Part shown: in pieces, positions 53,197 through 61,782 of the stretch
Layout of the letters: each line of letters opens with the position of its first letter
Numbering within the stretch: position 1 is the stretch's first letter
DNA from: Candidatus Woesearchaeota archaeon
Lineage (GTDB): Archaea > Nanobdellota > Nanobdellia > Woesearchaeales > ARS49
DNA: 64,000 bases
Reading direction: 5' to 3'
Assembly (NCBI GenBank): GCA_030750765.1
Contig: JASMHM010000001.1
Span: 32,541 to 96,540 of the forward strand
The notes under the pieces: model-generated
Told to the model about the DNA's origin: nothing
What the model saw: the letters and a program-made list of their open reading frames with translations, nothing else
Databases searched by the model: none
Program-made: the position numbers and the translations under genes

Positions 53197-56025
53197 ATGG
53201 GCAGAGTCCAAGATACACTCACAGAACTCCAAGCGGTAGGTGATTGGTTGCGAGTGAGCCTGCGACATCTAGGTACACACTACATTCCGTGGAGCCACCG
53301 ATTCTTCACCAAACCTGTCCATGATGGACCTATCCACTATCTGGAAGAAAGCATCCAAAATCTTGGTTGTGAGCCCCGCCTCCAGAGTCATGTCTTCAAT
53401 CTCATCCAGTTTGACGGAGGAGCAGGAGATATAAGCCAAAAAATAGGCCAGAAAAGAAAGGCGATGCTCAGAGCCTATCTTCGAAAACAATCAGGCAGAG
53501 GGAAGCAAGCAGCAGATGAAGAGGAACCGTTGCGAGCCTTGAAGAAAATGGAGCGGGAAAGACACAGCGATAAACTAGAAAAACTCATCAAGGCAGCCGA
53601 AAACCACGGCAATTTCAGCATTTACTCCAACCTAGCATACATAGTGCAAGGAAACCTCACCGCCCACGCACGAAGAAGAGTGGCACAACCTGGAGCCTTA
53701 GTCCAGATTCCGGAAGAGACCGCAGACATCATGGTACGTACCAAACAAGCAGAAGGGGTTCTCAAGGAACTCATTGAACAAGCTGCCAAAGAAGAACCCA
53801 GAAGAAAATGGAAGGCAGTGGAAGAAAGACTTCCTGACCACAGAGCAGGCGGACTTATTGAGACGCTAAGAGCAGTGGTGGAGAGTGAGGGCGGCTCATT
53901 AGACGTGCATCTCCAAAAGTGCCAGATACGTGCGCGAATCAATACTCCTCCACCTACCTACAAAAGACAGCCCACTATCGATGAATGGTATACCGCAAGC
54001 GCAGGATTTCTCGATATAGAAATCCCCCGATTTAGAAGGTTTCCAGAAGAAGTTACGTGGGCAGGCATGCTCATGCACACACCAGAAGAAGATAAGCGTG
54101 AGATCTGCACAATCCACAATTTTGAGCTAGGCGCAAGAACGTACGAAAGAGTGATTCGTGGTAACGTAGAAGGCATAGTAAAGAGGACAGCAGAGTTTCT
54201 GAGACCTGCAGACCGCATACTCGCGTACAACGCCCCCTTCGACTTCATGAAAATGCGAGAGGCAGGAGAATTCTACACCGGTTTGAGAGATTCCCACCCC
54301 ATAAAAGAGACAGCAAAAGATTTCTTCACGCGAGTAGGAAATTATGGGAAGGAAGTCATCGATCTCTATCGATGGGCAACCATAGCCTTGGCCTACCTCC
54401 CAAACAAGAAATTAGACACTGTCATGCACTACCTCTTTGGGGAGAAGGTGAAGGACGTCACGTATGATGAGATGGAAAAAATAGAAGAAATGCTCCTCAG
54501 TCAGCAATACGGACACCAGCACGAAGGACAACGCGTGTACAAGTATCTAGAATCAGATGTGGACTCCATGTTACGCATCTATCATCACCCACGCTTCAAA
54601 CAATGCGTGGAGGATTGCTTATGGATGGCAGAAACCTTTGGTAGCAATTTTTCAAGATTGTTCAACCACCAAAACAGCATCAACGAAGCCCAAGAATGGG
54701 AATACTTCTCTAAGGTAGGCACCGTACGCCAAGCAGTGTACCCAAGAAACAAGATACTAGAAAAAAAGGAAGCAAAAGCAAGAGGAGTCTTCCAGCGACT
54801 GAAACGCAACGCACTCAACGCAGACATCACACCAGGCGTGCATGACGTATGGCAGTGCTACCTCCCTACTGCTCCGTACTTCAGAGATATCATCCAGGTA
54901 GAGGACCGCTTTACCAAGATGGCCCAACTCAGTGAGAGAATCGATAACACTAACGACCCCTACCAAAAATTCTTCCTATCAAAATACGAAGACGCCATCT
55001 GCCGATGGGTGATCCATGACTATGTAGACTTCTTGGTAGCTCAAGAAACGTTTGTGGAACTAGAAAAAGAAAAGGGCGTCCCGTTGTGGCGGCTCCAACG
55101 ACTGGCAGGAGAAGTCACCACAACCATCAAAAATGGCGAGGATACCTCCCTCAAACAACGCCTCAGAGGTGGCACACTCTCCCAAAGGCAGGTCAAGGAA
55201 ATCCTCTTTGACTACGATCTTACCCATGCCGAAGCCAGCGTAGCTCTTGAAGAGCAAACGAAGGAGGAAGGCCAAGAAGGCATCAATCTAGGAGACTACA
55301 CCCACATTGTGAATGCGTATGCGAGATGGGACCACAAGAGCAACAAACTAGGCGGACAGTTCCTTTCAGACGGACAATCTATGGAGGCAAAACTAGGAGA
55401 TCGCTTCTATGCATTAGAAGAATGGGCCTCAACAGCAAATATCGTGTATGCGCAGGGAGATTATGTCTACATTCGGGAGGACGAAATCAACGATGCTCCG
55501 GTGATCCCCGTGATGAAACACAAAGTAATCGTCACGCCTGACAAGAAAATATATTACGAGGCAGGAGGGGCCCTCAAGGGTTTGGATGAGGGGGATGCAC
55601 CCAAAGCGAACAGCAACAACTACGAGATGCACTACTGGACCAACACGGTAAGAGCAATACTGGATGATGACGCAGAAGCTGCATCCAAGATAGCAAATGA
55701 GGCCCTGTTCGGTCTGCAGAACAAAGCAGCAGAAATCCAAGATCTCCTCTACCACAACAAGTCCATGGACGCCCACGGGGTCTATGATGCAAGATACGAC
55801 AAAAAGCTCCAATTCTGGCTCCCAAACCAATGTACCACGAGAAAAGGGCATTTCTACCACGAAAAACAAAAAAGCAAGGTTGATGATCTAGGATACCACT
55901 ACTTTGAGATAGGTGAGAACACCATCCACGCCATGACCTTTGACGACGTCCACATAGACTGGGGAAAATACTACGAACGTAGCAAAAGGAGATTAAATAA
56001 TATGTTAGAGGCAGCCCAAGAGTAA
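53197..56025 (+). CDS. Family-B DNA-polymerase-like protein: clear PolB-type DEDDy 3-5 exonuclease domain, highly diverged or degenerate polymerase part, and a 270-aa N-terminal extension
   Basis: The Exo motifs are in canonical order and spacing: ExoI FLDIEIP (D273/E275), ExoII ILAYNAPFDF (N345, D349), the PolB-typical EVIDLYRW..LPNKKLDTVMHYLFGEKVKDVTYDEM, and ExoIII YKYLESDVDSM (Y450, D454). Candidate motif A is HDVWQCYLPT and candidate KxY is DKKIYYE. There is no YxDTDS; the best candidate is YAQGDYVY. Confidence 0.6.
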   Translation: MGRVQDTLTELQAVGDWLRVSLRHLGTHYIPWSHRFFTKPVHDGPIHYLEESIQNLGCEPRLQSHVFNLIQFDGGAGDISQKIGQKRKAMLRAYLRKQSGRGKQAADEEEPLRALKKMERERHSDKLEKLIKAAENHGNFSIYSNLAYIVQGNLTAHARRRVAQPGALVQIPEETADIMVRTKQAEGVLKELIEQAAKEEPRRKWKAVEERLPDHRAGGLIETLRAVVESEGGSLDVHLQKCQIRARINTPPPTYKRQPTIDEWYTASAGFLDIEIPRFRRFPEEVTWAGMLMHTPEEDKREICTIHNFELGARTYERVIRGNVEGIVKRTAEFLRPADRILAYNAPFDFMKMREAGEFYTGLRDSHPIKETAKDFFTRVGNYGKEVIDLYRWATIALAYLPNKKLDTVMHYLFGEKVKDVTYDEMEKIEEMLLSQQYGHQHEGQRVYKYLESDVDSMLRIYHHPRFKQCVEDCLWMAETFGSNFSRLFNHQNSINEAQEWEYFSKVGTVRQAVYPRNKILEKKEAKARGVFQRLKRNALNADITPGVHDVWQCYLPTAPYFRDIIQVEDRFTKMAQLSERIDNTNDPYQKFFLSKYEDAICRWVIHDYVDFLVAQETFVELEKEKGVPLWRLQRLAGEVTTTIKNGEDTSLKQRLRGGTLSQRQVKEILFDYDLTHAEASVALEEQTKEEGQEGINLGDYTHIVNAYARWDHKSNKLGGQFLSDGQSMEAKLGDRFYALEEWASTANIVYAQGDYVYIREDEINDAPVIPVMKHKVIVTPDKKIYYEAGGALKGLDEGDAPKANSNNYEMHYWTNTVRAILDDDAEAASKIANEALFGLQNKAAEIQDLLYHNKSMDAHGVYDARYDKKLQFWLPNQCTTRKGHFYHEKQKSKVDDLGYHYFEIGENTIHAMTFDDVHIDWGKYYERSKRRLNNMLEAAQE

Positions 56026-56026
56026 C

Positions 56027-56037
56027 CTTTTTAAAAG
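56027..56037 (+). promoter_or_regulatory. TATA box
   Basis: taacctttttaaaagg, about 28 nt upstream of GTG 56060. Confidence 0.5.
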
Positions 56038-56059
56038 GATAGGGGCTTTCTCGACTAAC

Positions 56060-56710
56060 GTGAAACAGCAAGTCATAAAAAAGAAATGGTTCAACATTAA
56101 CGCACCAAAAGTGCTTGGTGGAAAGACCTTCGGAGAGACCTATCTGGCAGACCCAGAAAAAGCAATAAACAGAAAGGTCACCACAAGCTTAATGAATGTT
56201 ACTGGAGAGCCATCCAAACAAAGCGTAAGCGTTTCCTTCCGAATCACCAGCAAAAAGGGAGATGCACTAGAAACATCCCTTACCAAGTACGGAATCAACC
56301 CTTCTGCAGTCCGCAAGATGATGCGAAAAAAGCGCAGCAAAGTGGACGATTCTTTTGTTGTTAAAACTAAAGATGGACTTATCATACGCATCAAACCTGT
56401 ACTCATCACCAAAGGCAAGACAAAAGGAAGCGTGCTTGCAATACTCAAGCACAAATCTCGCGAATTCATCGCCACAACGCTTAAGAATCGAAATTTTGAC
56501 GATTTGATCAAAGGTTTGGTAGAGAAAAAGTTCCAAAAAGAGCTAGCAATGGCACTCAAAAAGATCCAACCCGTGGTAATCTCAGAGATCAGACAAGTCA
56601 TCATCTTAGAAGGCAAGCAAGCAGAGAAAGTCAAACTCATTAAGCCCTCTGCAGAACCGGTTAAGGAAGAAAAGCCAGCAGAAGAACCAGCCCCAAAAGC
56701 TGAAGCATAG
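56060..56710 (+). CDS. rps3ae: 30S ribosomal protein S3Ae (eS1)
   Basis: KKKWFNINAPKVLGGKTFGETYLADPEKAINRKVTTSLMNVTGEPSKQ is the typical S3Ae N-terminus. 216 aa with a Lys/Glu/Pro-rich tail. Confidence 0.9.
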   Translation: MKQQVIKKKWFNINAPKVLGGKTFGETYLADPEKAINRKVTTSLMNVTGEPSKQSVSVSFRITSKKGDALETSLTKYGINPSAVRKMMRKKRSKVDDSFVVKTKDGLIIRIKPVLITKGKTKGSVLAILKHKSREFIATTLKNRNFDDLIKGLVEKKFQKELAMALKKIQPVVISEIRQVIILEGKQAEKVKLIKPSAEPVKEEKPAEEPAPKAEA

Positions 56711-57255
56711 TGGACCCTCACGAAGAAATTCTCAAAGAAGCGTTAGAAGCAGAGGATGCACCACCACCGTTCTGGAAAAAACCCTTGATACTCCTGTTTG
56801 GAGGAATCTTAGTGTTGCTCATGATGTCTTTCATCTTCGTCACCTACCCTATCGGAGACATCATCCAAGGACAGATGGTCTCCTCACCCTTAGAGAACAA
56901 TCGCATTATAACCGAAGAATTACTCATAACGTTTGACGAAGCCATCGTGGAACGCCTTGACGAGTGGTATTTTGCAGAACAACGCTATGAATGGACGGCG
57001 TGCTTGCAAGGAACAAAATACGAATGGGAATATCATATAACAGAGGCTTACCAACCAAGGATGTGGTTGCAAACCTACAACCACGTACAATTCGAACCCT
57101 GCGGCAAAGACACACTATTAATGCTCCACACCCACCCGTACAAGAGCTGTCAAGCTTCAACCACGGATCTTTCAACCCTAGAAAACGCACGAAAAGAAAA
57201 CCCCGACATTCTTATGGTGGTCATGTGCGAACCAGCACGGTTTAGTGTGTACTAA
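56710..57255 (+). CDS. Membrane-anchored JAB/MPN (JAMM) metalloprotease-domain protein
   Basis: Exact JAMM motif HTHPYKSCQASTTD (HxHx7Sx2D) with an upstream Glu (EWTACLQG). N-terminal TM segment LILLFGGILVLLMMSFIFV. The GTG start overlaps the S3Ae stop (TAGTG). Confidence 0.75.
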   Translation: MDPHEEILKEALEAEDAPPPFWKKPLILLFGGILVLLMMSFIFVTYPIGDIIQGQMVSSPLENNRIITEELLITFDEAIVERLDEWYFAEQRYEWTACLQGTKYEWEYHITEAYQPRMWLQTYNHVQFEPCGKDTLLMLHTHPYKSCQASTTDLSTLENARKENPDILMVVMCEPARFSVY

Positions 57256-57259
57256 CCCT

Positions 57260-58321
57260 TCAACACGCATCACATACCGAGATGGTTCCGTCTTGGATGA
57301 CCTTCAGGACGATGGGTTGGGAAAGATACCTGTCACCGTCCTTTTCCTCAAAATTGTACACCCCTAGTGAGCCTTCCACGTTTTGTGTTCGTTCTAGAGC
57401 ACCAATAACTGCCTCTGGCGAGGAAAGATCGGGAACGGACAATACTAGTTTTGTCCAGTCGTAGGCACTGCCAGCAAACGCTATCTGACTCTCGTCCCCA
57501 TACTTCTCAAAGTACTTGGCTCTGAAAGGAGTAGAAACGTCCATGTTGGCGTACACCGCACCTTCCATGCCTCCCTGTGCCGCGTTGATTTCTGCTTGGC
57601 TCTCAAAAAAGTCAGAACCCAAGGTAGGTATGGAAAGATCTCTTTGTGAGGCTGCCTTGTAAAACTGACTTATTTGTCCAGAAACAAGGAAAACACCCAG
57701 GACGTCGGGAGGGTCCTGTTCTATTTTGAGGAGAGATGTCCTAAAATCATTATCCTCAAACTGGAAGGTATCGATAACGTACACTCGTTCATCGTTTGCA
57801 TGCTTTTGTAGGCCCGCCAATAAGGAATTCAGGTATTCAAGTTCTGTCTTGAGTATGCCAATTTTTTTGTATCCCTTCTTTCTCGCATGTTCCAACAATA
57901 CTTTGCCAAACGCTTCAGGCCGAGACCACGTCCGTATGCCCTTTTGTGCGCGTACCGTGAAGGTCTCATCGTACGTGAACCCTATGACCGCAACGTCTTT
58001 GGTGTCAACCAGGGAGGTAATGGCGTTTGTGGGAGAGTATCCCCAATTCATGACCACCTCTACCTCGTCTTGGTCTGTGAGTTTGTGAAATGCGCTTATC
58101 GCTTGTAGATTGTTATAAGCACTGTCCTCGTACAGAAACACAGTATCGCTTTCTGTCTCTCCCCGGGCTAGCTCTATCCCTCTCATTGTAGCTATGCCGT
58201 ACTCTGCCAACGGACCAGTAAGAGGCAGAATCACTCCAATCTGAACTTGGTCAGTTTGCTGTGCTGCACAGCCAGTCAGCGGTATTGCTGCTAATAACAG
58301 CATGATTAGTATTGTTCTCAT
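57260..58321 (-). CDS. Solute-binding lipoprotein, type I periplasmic-binding fold (Leu/Ile/Val-binding family)
   Basis: Lipobox LLAAIPLTGC, then VQIGVILPLTGPLAEYGIATMRGIELA, which is typical of Peripla_BP_6. No permease or ATPase genes are adjacent. Confidence 0.75.
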   Translation of the reverse strand: MRTILIMLLLAAIPLTGCAAQQTDQVQIGVILPLTGPLAEYGIATMRGIELARGETESDTVFLYEDSAYNNLQAISAFHKLTDQDEVEVVMNWGYSPTNAITSLVDTKDVAVIGFTYDETFTVRAQKGIRTWSRPEAFGKVLLEHARKKGYKKIGILKTELEYLNSLLAGLQKHANDERVYVIDTFQFEDNDFRTSLLKIEQDPPDVLGVFLVSGQISQFYKAASQRDLSIPTLGSDFFESQAEINAAQGGMEGAVYANMDVSTPFRAKYFEKYGDESQIAFAGSAYDWTKLVLSVPDLSSPEAVIGALERTQNVEGSLGVYNFEEKDGDRYLSQPIVLKVIQDGTISVCDAC

Positions 58322-58343
58322 GTATTAATCAGGCAATCGCAAC

Positions 58344-58351
58344 ATTTAAAT
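58344..58351. promoter_or_regulatory. Perfectly palindromic TATA box (atttaaat) shared by divergent genes
   Basis: The intergenic region is 56 nt. The box centre is about 26 nt from ATG 58321 (minus strand) and about 30 nt from ATG 58378 (plus strand). Confidence 0.45.
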
Positions 58352-58377
58352 ATTCACTACTACCTCTAGGTTGTAGA

Positions 58378-59124
58378 ATGAACACGACTATGCTGCAAGA
58401 GATAGGACTGGGTAAAGGAGAAGCTCGCACCTACACCGCACTGCTCGAACTGGGAGAATCACAAACAGGCGCTCTTTGTCAGCGTTCAGGCATCAAAACG
58501 TCACACATCTACACCCTCCTGGATAGTTTAGAGAAGAAGGGCCTCGTCAATCACAAACTAGTGAACAATGTGAAAGTTTTCAGACCCAACCATCCTGAGA
58601 GCTTGAATGTTTTGGTCAACAAGAAACAAGAAGAGCTTGACAGGAAACGAAAACAAGTACAAGCATCCATACAAAAACTCAAAGCAGTCGTAGACAAGCA
58701 ACAAGGGAGCTCCGATTACAAATACTTTGAAGGGATTTCAGGCATCAAGAGTATGTGGTTGGAAATCAACGAGCTTCTGAAACCTAACAGTGACGCGGCG
58801 ATAATGGCATCCCCTGCAACAGCATGGGAGAAGCTTAACGTTTTCTACTTAGAACACCACAAGGTTCGCGTGAAAAAGAAAGTGTTTGAAAGAATGATCC
58901 TGCCAAAAGGATCCGAAAAATTTGGCAAGCAGAGAGAAGCCATGGGAAAATTCGAAGCGAGATATCTTCCCATCGACAATCAAGCAGAGTTTGGCGTGTT
59001 TGACGGATTCATGTTCATACAATACACAGGAGAATCAATACCGCGAGGTTTTCTTGTGAAGGACGAAGTGTTTGCCAGCTCATTCATGAACATGTTCAAT
59101 GTCCTGTGGGAAGTAGCTAACTAA
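58378..59124 (+). CDS. TrmB-family transcriptional regulator
   Basis: I chose the start at M23 (MNTTMLQEIGLGKGEARTYTALLELGESQTGALCQRSGIKTSHIYTLLDSLEKKGLV), which gives the TrmB N-terminal wHTH. The track start 58312 would overlap the divergent gene. Confidence 0.8.
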   Translation: MNTTMLQEIGLGKGEARTYTALLELGESQTGALCQRSGIKTSHIYTLLDSLEKKGLVNHKLVNNVKVFRPNHPESLNVLVNKKQEELDRKRKQVQASIQKLKAVVDKQQGSSDYKYFEGISGIKSMWLEINELLKPNSDAAIMASPATAWEKLNVFYLEHHKVRVKKKVFERMILPKGSEKFGKQREAMGKFEARYLPIDNQAEFGVFDGFMFIQYTGESIPRGFLVKDEVFASSFMNMFNVLWEVAN

Positions 59125-60116
59125 CAAGGCATCCACTGTGCCACTCGTTCTAAAGTGAGAAGTTCTTCCTCCCTAAGTGTGTTGTGAACGAGTTCTGCAG
59201 CCTCCAAACCAAGATCGGGAAAGAGAGGAGGTACCTTCACATTGACAAACCTTCCTAGCAAAGGAACAGACGCTTTCCGAGTTGCGATAATTTCTTCAAG
59301 ATTGCCGTTCTGGCTTGCAATTTGAGTTTGCAGCGCATCAAACAAACTCGCATGGTCTGGCTCAACCAAAGCATAAATGGAGGTGTCGTTAGGTCCAGGA
59401 ATGACACGCCTCTCTAACTGTGGCAATGTTTTGTAGTTGCGCTCCATACGGCGGACACGATTCTTTCCACCACGAGTAAGCACCTTCCTATTTCCGGTAA
59501 TGAAAAAGTTAGCATCACTTAATATAAGATTCTGGAAAGAATGCATATCCCCTTTTCTTCCTTTGTAATCAGGATTTACAGAGCTGTCCATGTCTGCCTT
59601 GATCATTTTTTTTAGTTCTGGAACCACCCCCGGAACGGTTCTGCCCGTTCTTGTCGCATGCTGTACCGCAAATGAGTAAAAGGCATACGCATGCGGCACG
59701 AGGTAGATATCTCCCCAATCATGGCGAATAGACGCATACGGAGCCTTGAAATCTGTTGCTTTCAGCCTGTCCTTCCGGTCCACCACGGCGTAATACACAA
59801 CAGTAGGCTCTTTGGAAAATGATCTACCAATACGATCAGCACCAAACACGGTTTGAGTGTCTGGAGGTGATTCACCAAAAAAGGAAACATACTCTGCTTC
59901 AGAAGTTACCCCATAATGCAACGGGTAGTCCACCAGCACCCCCTTACCGCGCCCTTCCTTCACTTCTAGAGCCAAGCAAGGAGAGAATACGCCGTTGGTA
60001 GAGATTAGGTCTGGCGATCGATGACCGTCAGGGATCAAAGTAAGACCACACATCTGTGCTATGTATCTTTCCGCGTCAGACCCAGAAATCTTCCTTTTGT
60101 GCTTCCAGGCGTCCAT
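59121..60116 (-). CDS. Hjc-like PD-(D/E)xK nuclease domain fused to an uncharacterised C-terminal region of about 260 aa
   Basis: I chose the start at M36 (MDAWKHKRKISGSDAERYIAQMCG...RSPDLIS...CLALEVKEG). This gives GSxxER, PDLI and ExK in the Holliday-junction-resolvase order. A TATA-like ccttatatttt lies 28 nt upstream of ATG 60116. Confidence 0.5.
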   Translation of the reverse strand: MDAWKHKRKISGSDAERYIAQMCGLTLIPDGHRSPDLISTNGVFSPCLALEVKEGRGKGVLVDYPLHYGVTSEAEYVSFFGESPPDTQTVFGADRIGRSFSKEPTVVYYAVVDRKDRLKATDFKAPYASIRHDWGDIYLVPHAYAFYSFAVQHATRTGRTVPGVVPELKKMIKADMDSSVNPDYKGRKGDMHSFQNLILSDANFFITGNRKVLTRGGKNRVRRMERNYKTLPQLERRVIPGPNDTSIYALVEPDHASLFDALQTQIASQNGNLEEIIATRKASVPLLGRFVNVKVPPLFPDLGLEAAELVHNTLREEELLTLERVAQWMPC

Positions 60117-60250
60117 CAAATGACCGAAAATCGAGCAAAATATAAGGATGGCCAAGACCGAATCACCACTCTCCAAGAGCGAAATACCGAAACATTTATA
60201 TACTAAAACAGCTCTTTTCATATTACAACAACGACTTCTGAGGCAACACT

Positions 60251-61099
60251 ATGACACTATCTATCGTGAATGGAACTGCAAAGGACGTCCGCAGCGTACT
60301 AAGCAAACATCGTCACTTTGGACAGATCGTGCACCCAATCGTATTATACCAAGGAGAGCACACATGCCACTTGGAAGAGGGTTCTGCAGTGTTTAGCCAA
60401 GAAAAAAAGGAAGACACCGTCTTCGTAGCACCCGTAGGAGAGAACGCCATCAACGTTCTAGCAAGAAAGTGCAAGATGGGCAGCACCGTATTAAGACTAA
60501 CACAAGAACAATTAGACAAACTAAAGCGATTTAGACACGTAGAAATAACCAACGAATACGACGTTTGCAGCAACTTCCTTCCTGGCTTTGACAGCACACT
60601 AGAAGGCAGCACCTACAAACCCTTACGAAAAGATGTGAGAACTGCAGAAAAAGCAGGATTGACCTTCTCCAAAGCAACAGTAAAAGACTTTGCCAGCATC
60701 AAACGCCTACACAAATCCTGGAAAGAATACATGATGGGAAGAGATAAGACCTTAGGAGACACGAGCTGGATCAGTAAACGTGTGAGAAACTTCCAAGGTT
60801 TTGAGATCTACAAGGTAAAAAAAGGAAATAGACTCATCGCAGCCGCAGGCGTAGGACTAGCAGGACAGAACGCCTTCATGGACTTCCGCATGAGCAGGCA
60901 AAACAAGGATAGAGCTTCCGCCTATCTCGATTATAGAATTCTCAAAAGACTCAAAGATAGAGGCTTCGTCCATCTAGAACGAGGAAGAAGCTTCGGCACC
61001 GCACTTACGGAGTACAAGCAAAAATTCCATCCTTTGGAATTACGCAAAGCGTACGACGTCAAAGTGGGTCAACCAAAACTTGTCGTTGCCACGGCTTAG
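60251..61099 (+). CDS. GNAT-fold acyl/aminoacyl-transferase-like protein (DUF2156/LPG-synthase-C-like)
   Basis: 282 aa. LEGSTYKPLRKDVRTAEKAGLTF and the C-terminal TEYKQKFHP resemble the DUF2156 pattern. This is a pattern-level call only. Confidence 0.4.
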   Translation: MTLSIVNGTAKDVRSVLSKHRHFGQIVHPIVLYQGEHTCHLEEGSAVFSQEKKEDTVFVAPVGENAINVLARKCKMGSTVLRLTQEQLDKLKRFRHVEITNEYDVCSNFLPGFDSTLEGSTYKPLRKDVRTAEKAGLTFSKATVKDFASIKRLHKSWKEYMMGRDKTLGDTSWISKRVRNFQGFEIYKVKKGNRLIAAAGVGLAGQNAFMDFRMSRQNKDRASAYLDYRILKRLKDRGFVHLERGRSFGTALTEYKQKFHPLELRKAYDVKVGQPKLVVATA

Positions 61100-61782
61100 T
61101 GCTTTTTCAACATTTTGAACTCCCTAATCACCACATCCACCAACACCTCAATAGTGTCGATGGACGGAATTTCCTGATCTGCGCACATCACGGCGAACTC
61201 AGTACATGCCAGGATGGCTAGTTTTGCGCCATCCCTAAAATACTTGTCAATAATGCGTAAGGCATTGTTTGCTTGCGCACGCTTGTCCACCCCCTTGTTA
61301 AAGTTGAAGACTGCCTCGCCGAGAATCTTCGCTTCCTTTTCTCCAGGGTTGTGATAGGTTATCCCAGGGAACTCGTACAGACCTTGAGAGATCGTACTGG
61401 GCGTTCCCACCACGGTAACCTCTCTCACGTTGAGCTCTTTCAGTTTTCTCCGAACCTCAAATCGCAAGTCAATGATACGCGTACCTATCTCGGACTGCAA
61501 CGTGTCGTAATACAGATGTACTGTGTTACACACCATCACGATGAAGTCAAGCCCCATTGCATCCAATTCCTTCAGACCTTGAAGGTAGGGACGCATATCC
61601 TCGCCACCTATTTTGTCGAAAACCAACTCAGGGGCAGGTATGCTATTGATCACGATCTGTGGAAAATCAAGATTGTTCTCAATGAGTCCCTCCTCTTGCA
61701 ACCTTGTGATTAGTTGCGTGTAGAAACACCCCGTGGCTTCTGGACCTATGCCCCCTAGGACCCCGATCCTAACAGTTTTCAT
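61096..61782 (-). CDS. Aspartate/glutamate racemase family protein
   Basis: MKTVRIGVLGGIGPEAT plus two catalytic-Cys contexts, MVCNTVH and LACTEF. I chose the start at M6, which has GAGGGGGTG upstream. Confidence 0.85.
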   Translation of the reverse strand: MKTVRIGVLGGIGPEATGCFYTQLITRLQEEGLIENNLDFPQIVINSIPAPELVFDKIGGEDMRPYLQGLKELDAMGLDFIVMVCNTVHLYYDTLQSEIGTRIIDLRFEVRRKLKELNVREVTVVGTPSTISQGLYEFPGITYHNPGEKEAKILGEAVFNFNKGVDKRAQANNALRIIDKYFRDGAKLAILACTEFAVMCADQEIPSIDTIEVLVDVVIREFKMLKKH

